The translations under genes and the position numbers were made by a program. Below are positions 1 through 14,299 of a DNA stretch of 24,167 nt, one piece after another. Every line of letters starts with the position of its first letter. The stretch's first letter is position 1. The DNA comes from Ginkgo biloba (lineage: Eukaryota > Plantae > Ginkgophyta). The notes under the pieces were generated by a model, which was not told where the DNA came from, did no database searches, and was given only the letters and a program-made list of their open reading frames with translations. The stretch covers positions 255,481,452 to 255,505,618 of the forward strand of contig JANKJI020000002.1 of the NCBI GenBank assembly GCA_024626585.2, in the 5' to 3' direction.

Positions 1-249
1 CCACTAGAAATAAAAACTAGGAAGCTCCTTTATCATCAATGACATAGAAATGATTCAACAATGTAGGGAATAAGGAGGATTTCCTTACATCAACATCCAA
101 TAAGAACTAAAGGCACTCATTCATGGTTGGAATCACTCCCTGGTTAGATGAGGGAGCCATTTTTATACCATGGTGGTGATATTCAATGACCTAGTAGAGT
201 GATGAGTAGGGGATGATCCAAATTCCATGGATGTAGTAATTGAGGGATG

Positions 250-1286
250 CATGATGTGGTTAATCTTGGATCACCATATTCAACCCAATAAGAAAAAATT
301 ATTAAGGACAAAATATTTGATGAATGAATATCATGGATCTACCTTATGAGAAGTAATAAAGATCCACAAACAGACTTTATTGATTAGAGTAGGGAACAAT
401 ATTACAAACTAGATATCCATACAATAAATGAAAATTGACCAATAAATACACACATGAAAACTATTTCTCCCTAATGGGACTATAAAATCAATGAAAATAA
501 GGGAACACCTCCGTGGTTAGACTAGGGAGTAACTTCCTATGAAAGATATCAAGGAACACAATGATAAGTCATGAATAATGATTCAAAGCATCCTAGTGAT
601 GAAAATATTCCTTAGTGAGTTAGAAATGGTTGCATATGATTATTTTTCCAAAGTTCACAATTTTTTGTATCAACACCTCAAATCGGTTCCTAAAGCATGA
701 TGAGCCCTACTTTCCTCTGAAAATGTATATTGTTAACTTTCATAGGCACTCCAAAAAACTACATAGAGAAAAATTGTTCAACTATAAATAGGGAAAAAAG
801 GGCTATCATAGAGCATAAAATATTATGTTAAAGAAAGGGTGAACCTCAAATAGTTGCTTCATAATGGTCTTTTTCAAGCTACATCCAAGAGTATTTTTTC
901 AATTACTAACAAGGGAATAGGACCATATGGCCCAATGAACATCATTATAATCTAATACCTCTAGGTAAAAGAGTTTCTCTTTCATGGGACCAATGAATAA
1001 CTCCGTTATCAAATGAATGGTTAAATTATGAACTATAATAAAATGGTAACATTTGAACGTATATAATAGTTAATAGAGAAGTCCTTAGAGTTGTAACTAA
1101 GTGTCTTTAGGAAATGTTTAGGTTTAGTGCAAGGTCTATGGGTGAGTAGATACAACCTCTATAGAGTATCATTCATTCATCATTGGATCCTTCAAATATT
1201 ATAGAAGTGTAACTATGGCTCAAAGGAAATATGATTAAAGTTATTTATCTTTTCTATTGGCCATATCATCATTTGGGGGAGGGTGA
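250..1286 (+). mobile_element. Highly degenerate, internally deleted Ty3/Gypsy pol remnant (RT N-terminus and integrase C-terminus) ending in a PPT
   Basis: Hand translation: HDVVNLGSP (about 250-280; pre-RT E.VNLGT-like); KWLHMIIFPK...CIN...KHDEPYFPLKM (about 620-730; cf. RT WVSPMVIVPKK...CVD...KDPFPLP); KGIGPY at 911-928 (GPY/F motif); purine tract gggggagggtga at 1275-1286 directly followed by TG. Confidence 0.45.
1275..1286 (+). promoter_or_regulatory. Polypurine tract (PPT) preceding a probable 3' LTR starting TGTA at 1287
   Basis: Sequence ttgggggagggtga|tgta lies downstream of integrase-like remnants, the canonical PPT-TG arrangement. Confidence 0.5.
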
Positions 1287-2399
1287 TGTATTTTATTACA
1301 ACAACTACTCATACATAGGTTGATAAATATTTGGAAGTTATTGAAAACCACAATCAATCTATTCATATAGATGCTTTGAGATACCATGAACATGGCAACA
1401 TAATGTGGCTAGAATGCTCATAATGGGCCTCAAGAAAAGAGTGCATCCAAAGAGTCTAAAGTTATTGGATTTTTGAGAAAAGTGATGCCCAACTCATCAA
1501 GGGATGTATACCATTTTATTTATTTCATGCTTCATGGATCTCATTTTCAACAGTGATGTGATAATTTTAATTTTCTATCACATGGATTAATTTATTATAG
1601 ATATAATATATATGAATATGATGGTGTTAACCATATATGCCTAACGGGTGCACAGTAAGTCCCTACTCTATGCATAAAGGAATAAAAACACATAAGATAA
1701 CATATTCATATCCATAGCATTGTACATGAATATGGGAAAATCCATCCATGTCCTTTTATTCATACAGGAGAGAACCTGTACATACATATGATACATCATA
1801 CATCAACATCACATAATCATCACTACTTATAANNNNNNNNNNNNNNNNNNNNNNNNNNNNNNNNNNNNNNNNNNNNNNNNNNNNNNNNNNNNNNNNNNNN
1901 NNNNNNNNNNNNNNNNNNNNNNNNNNNNNNNNCATTTGAGAGGTAATCAAGGTGGATATGGAAGCCCACCATCAAGGGAAGATAGAAAGTTAGGTTCTTA
2001 TTGAGCCTTCATGTATAGTCACTCATTTTTTTAAATATAAATATAGATTGGCTATATTATATGCCAAATAAATGGATTACATGTATCCAACCATCAGTAA
2101 AATAACAATACCCATGACAATGGTATTTACTTACCTTCTAAGGGAGGATGAAAAAATAAAGAAATAAATTATTTGAATGTATATAAAGGACAAAAAGGCA
2201 ATCAATAAGACTAGAGTATACATCATGTATAACATGTTAAGGGAGTGTGTAAAGCAAATCCAACCTATCTATAAATAAGTTAATGAAAGGCAAACACAAG
2301 TGTATATAATGTATTCCAACTACAAAAAATGAGTATCATTACGAAAAAATAACTAAAGGCATAAAAACAAGCCTTGAAATGGCGAAGTGACTATAGACA

Positions 2400-2645
2400 A
2401 TCACAAGGCATTACCTTTATCAATTATGATGTACTATCTTAAAGCTTATCTAAGGATGTCATCTAATGAGAGGTACATTGCTAATTAGGAAGCACTTTAG
2501 AAGGGCCTCCTAGATGTTTGTTTCAATTATAAAGTCGACCAAGACAAGAAGCAATGTCTTATGGATGTGTGAATTATGTTGGAGGTATCATATTTATTTG
2601 TGGGTGGCTTTTAACTCAAAAACCTAGCAACAAGCCAAAATAAGG
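2400..2645 (+). mobile_element. Degenerate LINE ORF1 fragment (end of DUF4283 region plus zinc-knuckle)
   Basis: Across frameshifts reads FINYDVLS*SLSKMS...KGLLDV...VNYVGGIIFICGW, resembling plant L1 ORF1 FI..D..S...ARILV.LDL.KGLPD...LDYEGIPFRC. Confidence 0.35.
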
Positions 2646-3599
2646 AGGTAATATAGTTGTTTGTGCTATGTTGACTCTCAACAATTATCATCTAAGAATG
2701 AAAAGATCCCTGATGAAAAGGGCTAGGAATCCCAAGTCTTCATATCTAAGGAAGGTGGACAGAGACCTATTTGTGTTCCTTGGTAAGATATAAATCTCCC
2801 TTTGGCCTTATAATAAATCAAGCATCTAAAGGTAAAATGCATCTCTATCTCAACCTCTAAAAATAAACCCTATAAACGTGTTGATCCCTAAGTTTATGGT
2901 GATATGTCTCCACTCTAAGCTAATGTGTGCAAACTCAAACTAGGGTTAGTAGAAACCTCGACCCATAAGACCAATGTTGCCTAAGATAGTTTACAAGAAT
3001 AATGGTCCTATCTAAGATGATAAGGAAGCATCAATCACAAAATCCAAGCTTGAGGCTAACAAATTCAGATGGAACAATCCATCTGATCTAGATGTATTTT
3101 CAATAAATAAGGCTTTTATTGGCTCCATTAATCTTTTTCTTGAAAGGAAGGATATGAGGGGGAGCATCTAATGAAAATCTAAATGGAGATAAATGGTCTA
3201 CAAAGATGTACAAGGTCTATAAAAATGTCAAAATCTCTTAATTCAAGCACCATTTCTAGATGGAATGGTCTAGGGTTGTCAACCTATAAGACGAACACAA
3301 ATTTAGATAGGGATATATGTTAGAGAAACCATAGCAAGGTGGCTCCAAAGAAGAATGCATAAATTGAAGTGTATTTGATAAATCAAATAAATGAATGGAA
3401 TATGTGTATTAAATATGATCTAGTTAGTTTTTTGATCTATTTAAGTGAGAAATCATTTCTAATTTGAAGATATTCCATAGTAAGCTAGTTACTTCCAAAT
3501 ATTACTATGTATGATGCACTACATAAGGATTGGGATAATTATGGGAAAGAAACAAAAAACATACTTTTGGGGCATAAATTGAGTTTGAATGAGGAAATA

Positions 3600-4207
3600 T
3601 TTTATTATTGAGTGGAAGAAACATATTGTTCCACATTACTTGTGGTTGTAAGATTTTTTCATAATACAAAAGTAGTAAACTGACTAATTAATGATGCTAG
3701 TTATAAAATACTAGTGTTGGAAATAAGGTATATTAAAATTTATGGAAAAATAATTCATGTTATATTCGGAATTCCTAACCATGGAAATTATATTTGGATA
3801 AATATTGAGAAGTGATTATTTGTAATAAAAAAGAACCTATGGAAATTGATATTATAGTAGAAATTATGATTAAAAATGATAATAAGGAGGTAAATAAGTT
3901 TCATTGGTATATATTGATACCAATGATTACTAGGGAATTACAATTAGTATCATTCGAATGATTGTGAAAGAAGAGGTCTCAAGGTTACCAATTGAGTGGG
4001 TGCACATCATGTATGATGCATTACAAGGTAAAGTGAGGTATAATATTGATTAATTTTATTATGAAAAGATTATGGATGATGTTTTATTGGTAAAGAAGAG
4101 AGAAACTTTAATATTTAGAAATTAGTCAATACTATTAGCTTTGGAACCATCTAGATATCCTTTAGATAAGAAAATATCGATTTATAAATAACCAAAACAT
4201 CCAAGAT
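3600..4207 (+). pseudogene. Degenerate retrotransposon accessory ORF (putative plant transposon protein / Athila-ORF-like)
   Basis: Long near-open frames: ...IKIYGKIIHVIFGIPNHG... and VSRLPIEWVHIMYDALQGKVRYNID*FYYEKIMDDVLLVKKRETLIFRN*SILLAL. The pattern resembles PF20167-type (Transposase_32) domains; the family call is inference only. Confidence 0.3.
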
Positions 4208-7200
4208 NNNNNNNNNNNNNNNNNNNNNNNNNNNNNNNNNNNNNNNNCTAATCTCAAATTTATAATAAAATAGAAGTGTAATATGATCAATCTATATTAA
4301 TTATGATATAATAAAGGAATTATAAGGAAGGATGGGACTAAATATAAAAATATTCCTACAAGATATTAAATAATGTCTAAAAATATTAGAGTTAATAGAT
4401 GTATTTGAATAGGAATATTATTAATAATAAGTATATTTGTATATTATAAATCATTTCAAATGTTTCCAATATTGTAGAACTAAAGGAATGGTGTATGATA
4501 ATGGTTTTAGGCAATTGAGTATGTATGATTTCAAATTTTTGGAAAGAGAAAATAAAATCGGAATGTATATGAACAATTTAGGTGGTATTATTATATATAG
4601 AATGAAAACACCAAGTGTAATTTTCTATAAAATTTTAAGTTATAAATTTATTTCTATGATGGAACTTGGGAATTTTTGGTTATAGGTAAGACATATGAAC
4701 TAAGAGGGATTACAAAAGGTTTTCATCAAACTTTTATATTATCATATGAAACCTACAGTATAGATGAGGGTTTGGACATATTTATACTATATGAGTAGAA
4801 ATAAGAATTAATATTCAAAGTAATTAATAAATTAAGTAGGTATAACAATTCTAGAGTTATCAACAAAGTAAATGATTATAAAAATGAAGATTTATTAGNN
4901 NNNNNNNNNNNNNNNNNNNNNNNNNNNNNNNNNNNNNNNNNNNNNNNNNNNNNNNNNNNNNNNNNNNNNNNNNNNNNNNNNNNNNNNNNNNNNNNNNNNN
5001 NNNNNNNNNNNNNNNNNNNNNNNNNNNNNNNNNNNNNNNNNNNNNNNNNNNNNNNNNNNNNNNNNNNNNNNNNNNNNNNNNNNNNNNNNNNNNNNNNNNN
5101 NNNNNNNNNNNNNNNNNNNNNNNNNNNNNNNNNNNNNNNNNNNNNNNNNNNNNNNNNNNNNNNNNNNNNNNNNNNNNNNNNNNNNNNNNNNNNNNNNNNN
5201 NNNNNNNNNNNNNNNNNNNNNNNNATAAAAATAGAAATAAGTATCGATCAAAGATCTAAATTAATATTTCCAAGGGAAACAAGAAATAATATACTATAGA
5301 AAATAAACTATGAGAGGTCATATGAATAAAATAGTAAGATAAGGAGGTGGAGAACCTCATAAAAAAATTAGAAATGTTAATAAATACACATGATATCTAA
5401 AATATAAAAATTATGCATCTCAAAGAAGAAGAAAAGGATTAAGTTAAAAATGTAAGGAATTAACAACTTAAAAAAAGTTAGGATGTTCAAGGGGAAAAGA
5501 CTCAGGTTATGAAAATTATTATTTTAAAAATTTCCCAATCATAGAAAAATGGTATAGAAAAAGACATTTCATAATGTAAGAAGAGTAACAAGTAAAAGGA
5601 AATAGGGAAAGTGGTGTGAATGACGATATTAAAGATATATCATAATAGATAGTGTTAGAATAGTTTTAGGATAAAACACAAGTAATAGAACTTGATGAAT
5701 GAATTGATCATCAAGAAAGGGGGGAAAATAATCAAGTAGATAATAAAAAAGATCTAGAACAATAAAATGTTGATTAAATTAAAAAATTCATATTTTCATA
5801 AATGAAGTAATTTATCAATCTCATATGTTATTCATATAACCAATTCAAAAGATATCTCCCATTGAGGAAATTATAGATGAATATTTAGATAAGATAATTC
5901 TATTTATATCTTTAAAGGAAAAATATACTATTGATTTTGAGGTATAAGATAATAAGAAAATGATAATTATTATAATATAGCCAAAGGAAAGGTTACATAA
6001 GAAAAGGAAAGAATTGGTTGAATGAGATATGGAAAATAGAGAAGTGCAATTATATGTAGAGGCAATGACATTTTAGGGAGTTAAGAACCTAAATTAAAAT
6101 GTATCTAAAGTGGTGAATTTAAAAGTGGATTCATACAAGAGTAATGTTAAGTACATAAAATATACGTTAAGAAAATACCATGACACCACAATAGAATATT
6201 TAGGTAATAAAAATAACATGAAGAAATAATTTTTAAATCAATGTTGGCAACAAATTCAAATTGTCTATAAAAAGTGAACAATAAGTCACCTTAGATTATA
6301 ACCAATATTTTCATAGAAAATTCAATGGTAAAAATAATACATGATAAAGTTTTAAAGTTTATTGATGGATATTGTGAGGTTATAAGAAATTTAAGTTTAA
6401 ATCAGATTAAGTTTATGAAAGTAGTAAGGAATTTTCCATCCAAAAAGGATTAGATTTTGAAATGGGTTAATGGGGTTTTGCAAAGGTATAAGAAAATTAT
6501 GATGCTTAAATATATAATTTTATGCAAAATTTGGATTCAATTTAGTTAAATGTTGATACCAAATACACGAANNNNNNNNNNNNNNNNNNNNNNNNNNNNN
6601 NNNNNNNNNNNNNNNNNNNNNNNNNNNNNNNNNNNNNNNNNNNNNNNNNNNNNNNNNNNNNNNNNNNNNNNAGATAATAAATCCTTTGTGATGCATCTCA
6701 AAATATAAATTTATTTCTACTAAAATCTCTAGCTATAGAATTGGGGTTGCTAATATAATTAGAAAAAATAGTCTAAGTTAGAAAACCATTTATATTACTT
6801 GAAGATCACTATTTGATTATAGTCCTATAAGAACTATTAGTGGTGTCATAATTTAAGTGTGTGGATTCAATACAATTAGTAAAAAATGGAAACAATATGA
6901 CACATTANNNNNNNNNNNNNNNNNNTATTATGTATTTATAATTCAACACTATAGTAGCTAGAGATGGGAATGGGAACTTATAATCATTAGAAAAGTTGAG
7001 TCAAAATTAGTGGAGTGATCCCTATCTTGAAAATTATGATCTGTATCTTATAATATGGTAGCATTTGGTGTTTCCACATTTTAATTTTAAGTTTAATTTT
7101 TTTTTTGAAAATTATCAATGAAAATATAAAGTTTAGTAATAATAAAATTCCAAAACATTTATTATTGTATTGTAGTTTGGATTATTATTTAAATCTATTT

Positions 7201-7794
7201 CCTATGATAGAAAATGATGAATTAATTAGATTTTGGATAAATTTGAAAGCATAAAAGTACTCTCTACAACACTTAATGCAAGATAAATACACACCCAAAT
7301 AGCCCTTCATAGTTGAGTAAAAGTCTAAAATATATTTGNNNNNNNNNNNNNNNNNNNNNNNNNNNNNTGTCAATAGTATAGGATATTGTGAAGGGGTTAA
7401 TATTAAAGGGTATTTTAACATAGTTTATGAGGAAAAATATATTTATGATTATTATTATGGTAAAAGTGTCAATCGTGTGTATCTTTTACTAAGTCAAAAC
7501 TAGACCAAATGAATAATGGAGTTTGAAATAAACAATAAATATATGTGCATAAACCAATAAATATCTCAACATGGAAAAATAATTCCTTGTATATATCTGT
7601 ATATATATATATTGTCATAAGTTTATAAATTTTCATGTATTTATAAATTATTTTGTGTTACCATTATTTTGATGCATATATAATGGAAGATACTTTAATT
7701 TGGTTGTTTTTAGTATCAACCATTATATTTTTTATTAGCCATAGTTCAATGTATTTTTTGAAAGAAAGTAGATAGTTGGAGCAACGAAGTTAAT

Positions 7795-7828
7795 ACACAT
7801 ACATATACATGTATATATAGAGAGAGAG
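7795..7828. repeat. Compound (CA/TA)/(GA) microsatellite
   Basis: acacatacatatacatgtatatatagagagagag seen directly. Confidence 0.7.
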
Positions 7829-8291
7829 GTGTTTAATTATTATGAGTGAATAAGTACTATATCTTAGTAGTTTATGACAACGATAAATGTTCATCAGATA
7901 GGTTTAGTGAGAAATCACATAAGTTAAAAATAAGGAATCACCAAAACCTATCACTCATAAAAATAGCTTCAAAATAATTTTAAAAAATAGTATTAATATG
8001 AAATAAGATTTTATTATTAGATACCCCTTCATCATTCCTCAATTATAGAGTTTAACTAAGTTCCTTCGTTTATTAATTCTATGTGGTTGATCTATGAACT
8101 CTCTACTCAAATAAAATTTCATACTCCATTTATTATTAAGAATGTGATATTTTTTTCTCACTAATTTCCTTTTATCATTTTTAAATAATAANNNNNNNNN
8201 NNNNNNNNNNNNNNNNNNNNNNNNNNNNNNNNNNNNNNNNNNNNNNNNNNNNNNNNNNNNNNNNNNNNNNNNNNNNNNNNNNNNNNNNNNN

Positions 8292-9598
8292 AGTTTTTAT
8301 ATTATAAAACTACAATGTTATGATGTTGGTGTGAAGGAAATTTGTTTGATTTCACTATCATCTTGCTTGTATAGATTTTCTACAATATTATCACTATCCA
8401 AACTAAATTAGGACTATGTCTATGTCCTTAGACTTTGTTATCTTACCTTGTTCAAATACACATCTATATCTATTGGCTATTGTAAGTTCATGGATAGGTA
8501 TTGAATGGAGATACTCTTCATACAGAGTTAATTTTACTAGGATTTGATGAGATTTTTCTTTCTTGAAGAAAATTCCTAACAAAAAGAAATGATGTTTTTA
8601 CTTGTTACATATTTAATTCTTATTACATATCACTGTAATTCCAAAAAAATATAATTTTATCATATGGAATCTACTCCATAAGGATTGAAAAGAACATGTT
8701 ATTCTATGTGTTAAATATCGGGCCTTTAGGTAGATCAAACCTCCCCTTACTATAGATTATAACCCTCATTATCCTTTCCTTAGTAAACCAATATCATGTT
8801 ATTATTATGAGTGTAGTTTAGAATTAAGTTATAGGTGGTTCCGAATTCACTCATAGACTACTTCCTAGTAAAAGGTAAAAAATCATAAGTGATCTTAGTG
8901 GAAGTGCATTCTTTAAATTTGTAAGTCATGTCACACTAACTCTTAAAAATATTTATAATGAGAGAGTTTCCTAGTTTTCTCACATATAGGAATCAAAAGA
9001 TAAATCTTGTAAATATTCATATGATTAATTGAATGATTTTTCAAAGACATAGCTTAGTGTAATAAAAAATCTATCTAGGGGGTTTTGGAGGCACCAGTAA
9101 GATTAGTCAACTCACAATCTCTTCACTCAAAAAATCTAGTTAGAGTGCACCTAGAAGTATCTATGCTAAAAAGAGAGTCATTTTTAACTAATATCAAAGA
9201 TACTATCATTTATAATTTATTATAGTAGTCACAATTCCATGATGAACATAAGGATACCTTATATTTGTTCCATCTCATATAAACATTTCAAATATGATGA
9301 CTTGGAAATAAATGTACATGTAACCTAATTCTCATAGATCACTTTCAATCTCTATTGACCACGTACATAAATTCTAATATGTCAATTAATATTATTTATT
9401 GACAAATATTATTATGCCTAGTTTTCCATCAAATCATGTCATATTATTATATTTGTCACTGCCATGACATATGTCTATCAATTTAGAAGGAGATTTGTAC
9501 CTAGTAATACATCAACTTAGTGAATATTGTTGCAATTAAAACTTATCTAATATATTTTACTAAATTTAGAGGGGTCAATATACTATGATGAATATCAT
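8292..9598 (-). mobile_element. Degenerate LINE (L1 clade) ORF2: AP-endonuclease, linker and start of RT
   Basis: Minus-strand motifs in the expected order: M-I-F..S*YI (SWNI-like, about 9598-9575), DVLL.Q (about 9510), NVYM (about 9287), CDY (GDF-like, about 9230), LTN..G.SK..LDRFFI (LDRFFI at 9078-9061), YDKIIFFWN (GDxNTKFFH-like, about 8655), DNKV*GH...W (KAPGPD-like, about 8435). Confidence 0.6.
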
Positions 9599-10536
9599 GA
9601 AGAACCCAACTCTTTAAATCTTATCAATTTTTTTTTTGCAAGATCTTACTAATCATCTAGAGCATAAAAATAAAGCCAATATAATGAACATTTGTCTGGC
9701 GGGTAGGTAGATTAGGACCATCCCCATTTGAAATAACTTAGAACCTACATAATATGGTTGTTTTATTTTTACTAATTATCCAAAAACCATCAAGGAAATA
9801 ATATCTTATCATCTTTGGAAAACTTCCTCTACTACCTAAAAAGGCTCATCTTGGATAATAATGGACTTAGAGGAAAATTGCCACCTTCATACCAAAATAT
9901 GATCCCAAAATATTGATATGAATAAATTGTAGGCTATAACTAGTGGCATCATATGCTATAACTTTGTGGAATCACATAATTATTTTGGTTACATAGGTGA
10001 TGAATTGGAAGTGATATCTATGGAGTTAAAATATTTCACTTGGTAACATCTGCTCTCCCCTATTTATCCTTTATCATCATATGGTCTTGATATTTTTACC
10101 CTCTCCTAGTAATTTCATATTTCCATATGGATACACAAGGCATAGACACNNNNNNNNNNNNNNNNNNNNNNNNNNNNNNNNNNNNNNNNNNNNNNNNNNN
10201 NNNNNNNNNNNNNNNNNNNNNNNNNNNNNNNNNNNNNNNNNNNNNNNNNATTTCCCACCACCTCAAAAATTAATTTGGTAATTTCATTCCACTAATTAAT
10301 TCTTGGAGTGGATATCCTTAATAATGGAAGATATATTTTACATTATCCCCCTTGATAGTGAAATTTTGAACTCTTAGTCTAGTTACGAGATAAATAATTA
10401 AGGAGGATCACATGGTGCCAAAGAGTCCCAAAAAGTTCATACCCAAAGCATTCAATGTGGTATGTTTCATTATCCTAATGTACTCATTAATCCTAATAAT
10501 TTAAATCCTATACCAACGAATATTTTAATTAGGAAT

Positions 10537-11250
10537 ATGATAGCTTATTTCATGGTTCATCTTCCTCCTAAGTTTTTATTGAGATTATAGATTGAAGAAG
10601 TATGGTAAATCCATTGTTGGAAATTTATTTCCATCTATTACTTGACCAAGAGGTTTTAGTATTTTACTTTTAAATTTTTTTTTATGATATAGGAGGAAAT
10701 TATTAGAGGTCCATGGACTTGTCAAAGGAACCTTGTGGTGTTGAGACATTGTTCTCTTATATTCTTAGCAAATAAAATAGTTTCCTTCAATTTCCCTCTT
10801 TGGGTTGAATTCCTAGGGATCCCCATGAAATATTAGGAGTTCCTAATATCCATATTTTATCTAATAGGAAACTTCATCTATCATGAACCACATAGGTTTT
10901 TTAACTTAAGGCACAATTAATGGGTTTATGTAGAAGGGGATATCTTAAAAGAGCTCAAAAGTGAGGTATGCATANNNNNNNNNNNNNNNNNNNNNNNNNN
11001 NNNNNNNNNNNNNNNNNTCCCTAATAATTTATTTATATTATTAAGCCTATAGAAAAAATATTATGGATTGCCCACTCTTGAATAATAAGGATACCACCAA
11101 TCTCGATAAGCTAGATCAACAAATAACACCCCTTTGTCAAAGACTTGATCACCATACCAAACCTCATATAAAGAAGATAGGTGGAAAAGGTTAATCCCAA
11201 GAGTAAGAAAAATGTAGTAAAAATTGGCATAATCTCACCCAAGGATCACA
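10537..11250 (+). mobile_element. Degenerate LINE ORF1 (DUF4283 plus zinc-knuckle remnant)
   Basis: MIAYFMVHLPPKFLLRL*IEEVW...TKRF*YFTF; RGPWTCQRNLVVLRHCS...FPLWVEFLGIPMKY*...IGNFI...WVYVEGDILKEL (GPW at 10708-10716), matching the GPW...LVL..W...PVWV..PGLP..Y...IG...CVE.D..K.L pattern. After the gap come IMDCPL (knuckle end) and WKRVNPKSKK. Confidence 0.75.
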
Positions 11251-13235
11251 TGGATGGAACCAAGGATACAACACTTAAAGACCCTAGAAAACTCATATCA
11301 TAGGAAGATTTTAACTAAGGAAATGATTCCAAGGAAAGAAAGAGGTATCTCCCTCCACTTATCAATACCACCACCCTAATGTATTCTCAAATTATTGCCA
11401 AGGGAGGAAAGAAACCTTAGACTAGTTTTTTGAATCATAAGGTAAGAGAATCAGGGATCATATTTTATTGAAAAATAATTTGATATTCTAGGGGATGAGA
11501 ACTTGTTAAAATATAAGGGAATTCAATTAAAAAATATACCACACTCCCATGGATTATTCATATTAGTTGGAATGTGGAAGGTGTCATGGACCCATGCAAA
11601 TAGTTTTTTGTTAAAAATATTATTGATGACTTNNNNNNNNNNNNNNNNNNNNNNNCTTCCTCTAAGAGGTCAAAGTGGTTGTCTTTACGATCAAGACCAC
11701 TATTATATTATGCCATCCTAACTAGGAGGGGAATAGTAAATTTTTATATAGGAATATATCTTATCAAGGGTATATAACCAAAGGGAAACCACTAAAGATG
11801 TTTTACTCTATTGGATCTTTCACTTCCTAGCTCATATCTTTGTTATTATGTTTTTAGCTATGAGTTAGTAAAGTATATTTATTAAATTAGATTTAGGATA
11901 ATTATATTTAGTGAATGTGCAAAGTCATATTATTATTGTTATTAATATGGACTTTAATAGACATTAACTACAACATGTGACATTATTAGAGGTTGAATAT
12001 AATATTACATAAAATATCTCCCAAGGGAATATACTATATGTAACAAAGTATCCTCTTATAAAATGACCTTGGGTTTATCCTCATGAATCTTATTCTTGTT
12101 GATATTATATTATTGAATTGTAATTTACAAGTGGAATTAAGAGAGTTTGTTTATTTTCTCAAATGCTTTATGAATGGTTTATGTCTTTGATTTATTATAG
12201 AATCTTGTTTGATAGTGATAGGTATTAGATTGTAAATATCTATAAGTGTATATAATATCAACTAGGTTATCTTGTAGGTTATTTTATAGGTTCATAGGAT
12301 AAGTATATATCATAATCTTAGGGTACATATAATAATGCACCACTTTGAATTCTCAATTTATATTTTAGCAAGTTACCAACATTATTTAACTTCTACACAC
12401 TTCACTATGTTTTTGCGCCACACTAACATTATACTATATATTCACATGACCTAAGAGTGTAAGCTTAAATGTTATTCTCTACAATTGAGTTAACTTGTAT
12501 GGTACTGAGAAAAAAATCTATATAGAGGATCATACATACCATACAATTTGTCTAGAGAGATTTATTCTAGAGTACAAAGATTATAGAGGTTCAAGAAAGA
12601 ATTTCACCCCTTTAGATTTTCAATCACACTTCTTCATACTAGTGAAAATACTTCAACTACTAATAGGGTATATCCTTTAGTATTATATGTAGGCATAGTT
12701 CTAAAGAAGGATACAAAATTTCTACTACAAGTATTATCTCCTAAGAATGTTTATAAAGATAATACCATTAATAGTAGATCTAAATAAAGTTCTAAATTTG
12801 TTATTTTTTCCATAATCCCCTTATTGTGACATTGGTTGGATTTATTATAATAATATGGATTGATCACAATAAAGAGTAAGAGCTTATTGGTGTGTTAGCT
12901 AGCTTACTTCTAGTAAACTTGATTACCTAAATAGGTATAATTATTTGGATTAAATAACTTATCCATGGAAGTTATAAACTTAGTAAGGGATTCACTTTTT
13001 TCATTATGGCCCATATTTCACATTTTCTTATTTTTATATATGGTATCCACTTGAATAATATCAAGGACTATAGGCCAAAATGCAGGAATAGAGGAAGGCA
13101 CTAAAAAGAGGTATGTGTTAACTCTAATTTTTTCTNNNNNNNNNNNNNNNNNNNNNNNNNNNNNNNNNNNNNNNNNNNNNNNNNNNNNNNNNNNNNNNNN
13201 NNNNNNNNNNNNNNNNNNNNNNNNNNNNNNNNNNN

Positions 13236-14299
13236 TACATATGTGTTCTATGAGTACTATAAGTACATTTTTATATTCCCGTGTATAATATCCTAAAAAT
13301 ATAGCTTGCATAAATACAAAAGAGTTGTTCCCACTAAACTAAATCCAACCCAATATAAGATCTAAGATTTCCCAATTTAATTAAGATATCTCTAAGGATA
13401 ATTAGAGAAAATGTATAAAAATAAAACACCTTGGTTCTATTATGGATTCCTATGTGAATCTTATAAGGTAACATGGGACTATATTGTCTCCATATTGGTT
13501 AAATTTTATAAATAATCCTTAAGATGTGGATCCGTAGGTCCCATGATCATTTAAGGCATTTTGATGTTTATCTTGAAGTAAGAAGACCCTAATATAATCA
13601 CCATTATCAATATCTAATATAGAATACTAGCCAAGGTTATAGAAAATATAATAAATTGTGTTCTCTCTATAGTCATTAGGCTTGAGGAAATAGGCTTTGT
13701 TAAGGGAAGGTACATCCATGATAATCTCATTAGATTCTAAGAAGGCATGGAATGGGATACTTATATAGGGTAATAAATTATATTCCTAATAATTATCTTT
13801 AATAAGGAATATGATATAATTGAGTTAAATTTAATTTTTATGGTGCTCTCATAATTGGGATTTAGGGATTATTTTCTTAGACTAGCCAAAGTTATATTTT
13901 CAAAGGCCTCATCCAAAGTCCTCCTTTTTTATCTTTACACCTATAAGGTAAGGATTACCTCTAACCTCATCCATTTATGTCCTAGCAATAGATTCCCTAG
14001 GTTATAAAATAGAGAACAAAGTTACTCAAAGTGATATGTATGGTATTTTCTTACGTCCCTTGGGGGATAACATATTACCAACAACCACTTTATAAATGAC
14101 ACTTTTCTCACTATGCATGCAAAAAAAACTAATGTCTAGGAAGATATAGGATATATTAATATATTTTATGAGGCCTATGAACTAGTAATCTAATGGAAAA
14201 AAATGTCATATTATTGTATCAAGATGGAGCAAATACCTAATGGGGCTTAATCCTTCCAATTGAACTAGATATAAACATGAGAGGCCTTCAAATATCCTG
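13236..14299 (+). mobile_element. Degenerate LINE (L1 clade) ORF2 reverse transcriptase
   Basis: VVPTKL...KTPW..GFLCESYKVTWDYI...GSVGP...YRILAKVI...IRLEEIGFVKGRYIHDNLI..*EGMEW...FNKEYDIIE...LGF (GFVKGR at 13693); IR*GLPLTSSIYVLAIDSLGY (13943; IRQGCPL-like); NHFINDTFLT (14083-14112; HFADDS-like). Many stops. Same strand as, and downstream of, the ORF1 at 10537. Confidence 0.88.

Noticed and set aside
3145-3175. Purine tract aaggaaggatatgagggggag as a PPT
   Set aside because: No integrase or RNase H remnant upstream and no clean TG LTR start.
11400-11632. Minus-strand gag-like FNK..IP*NIK and plus-strand tattgatgac (YxDD-like)
   Set aside because: Isolated short matches with no supporting context, lying in the variable tail of the plus-strand LINE ORF1.
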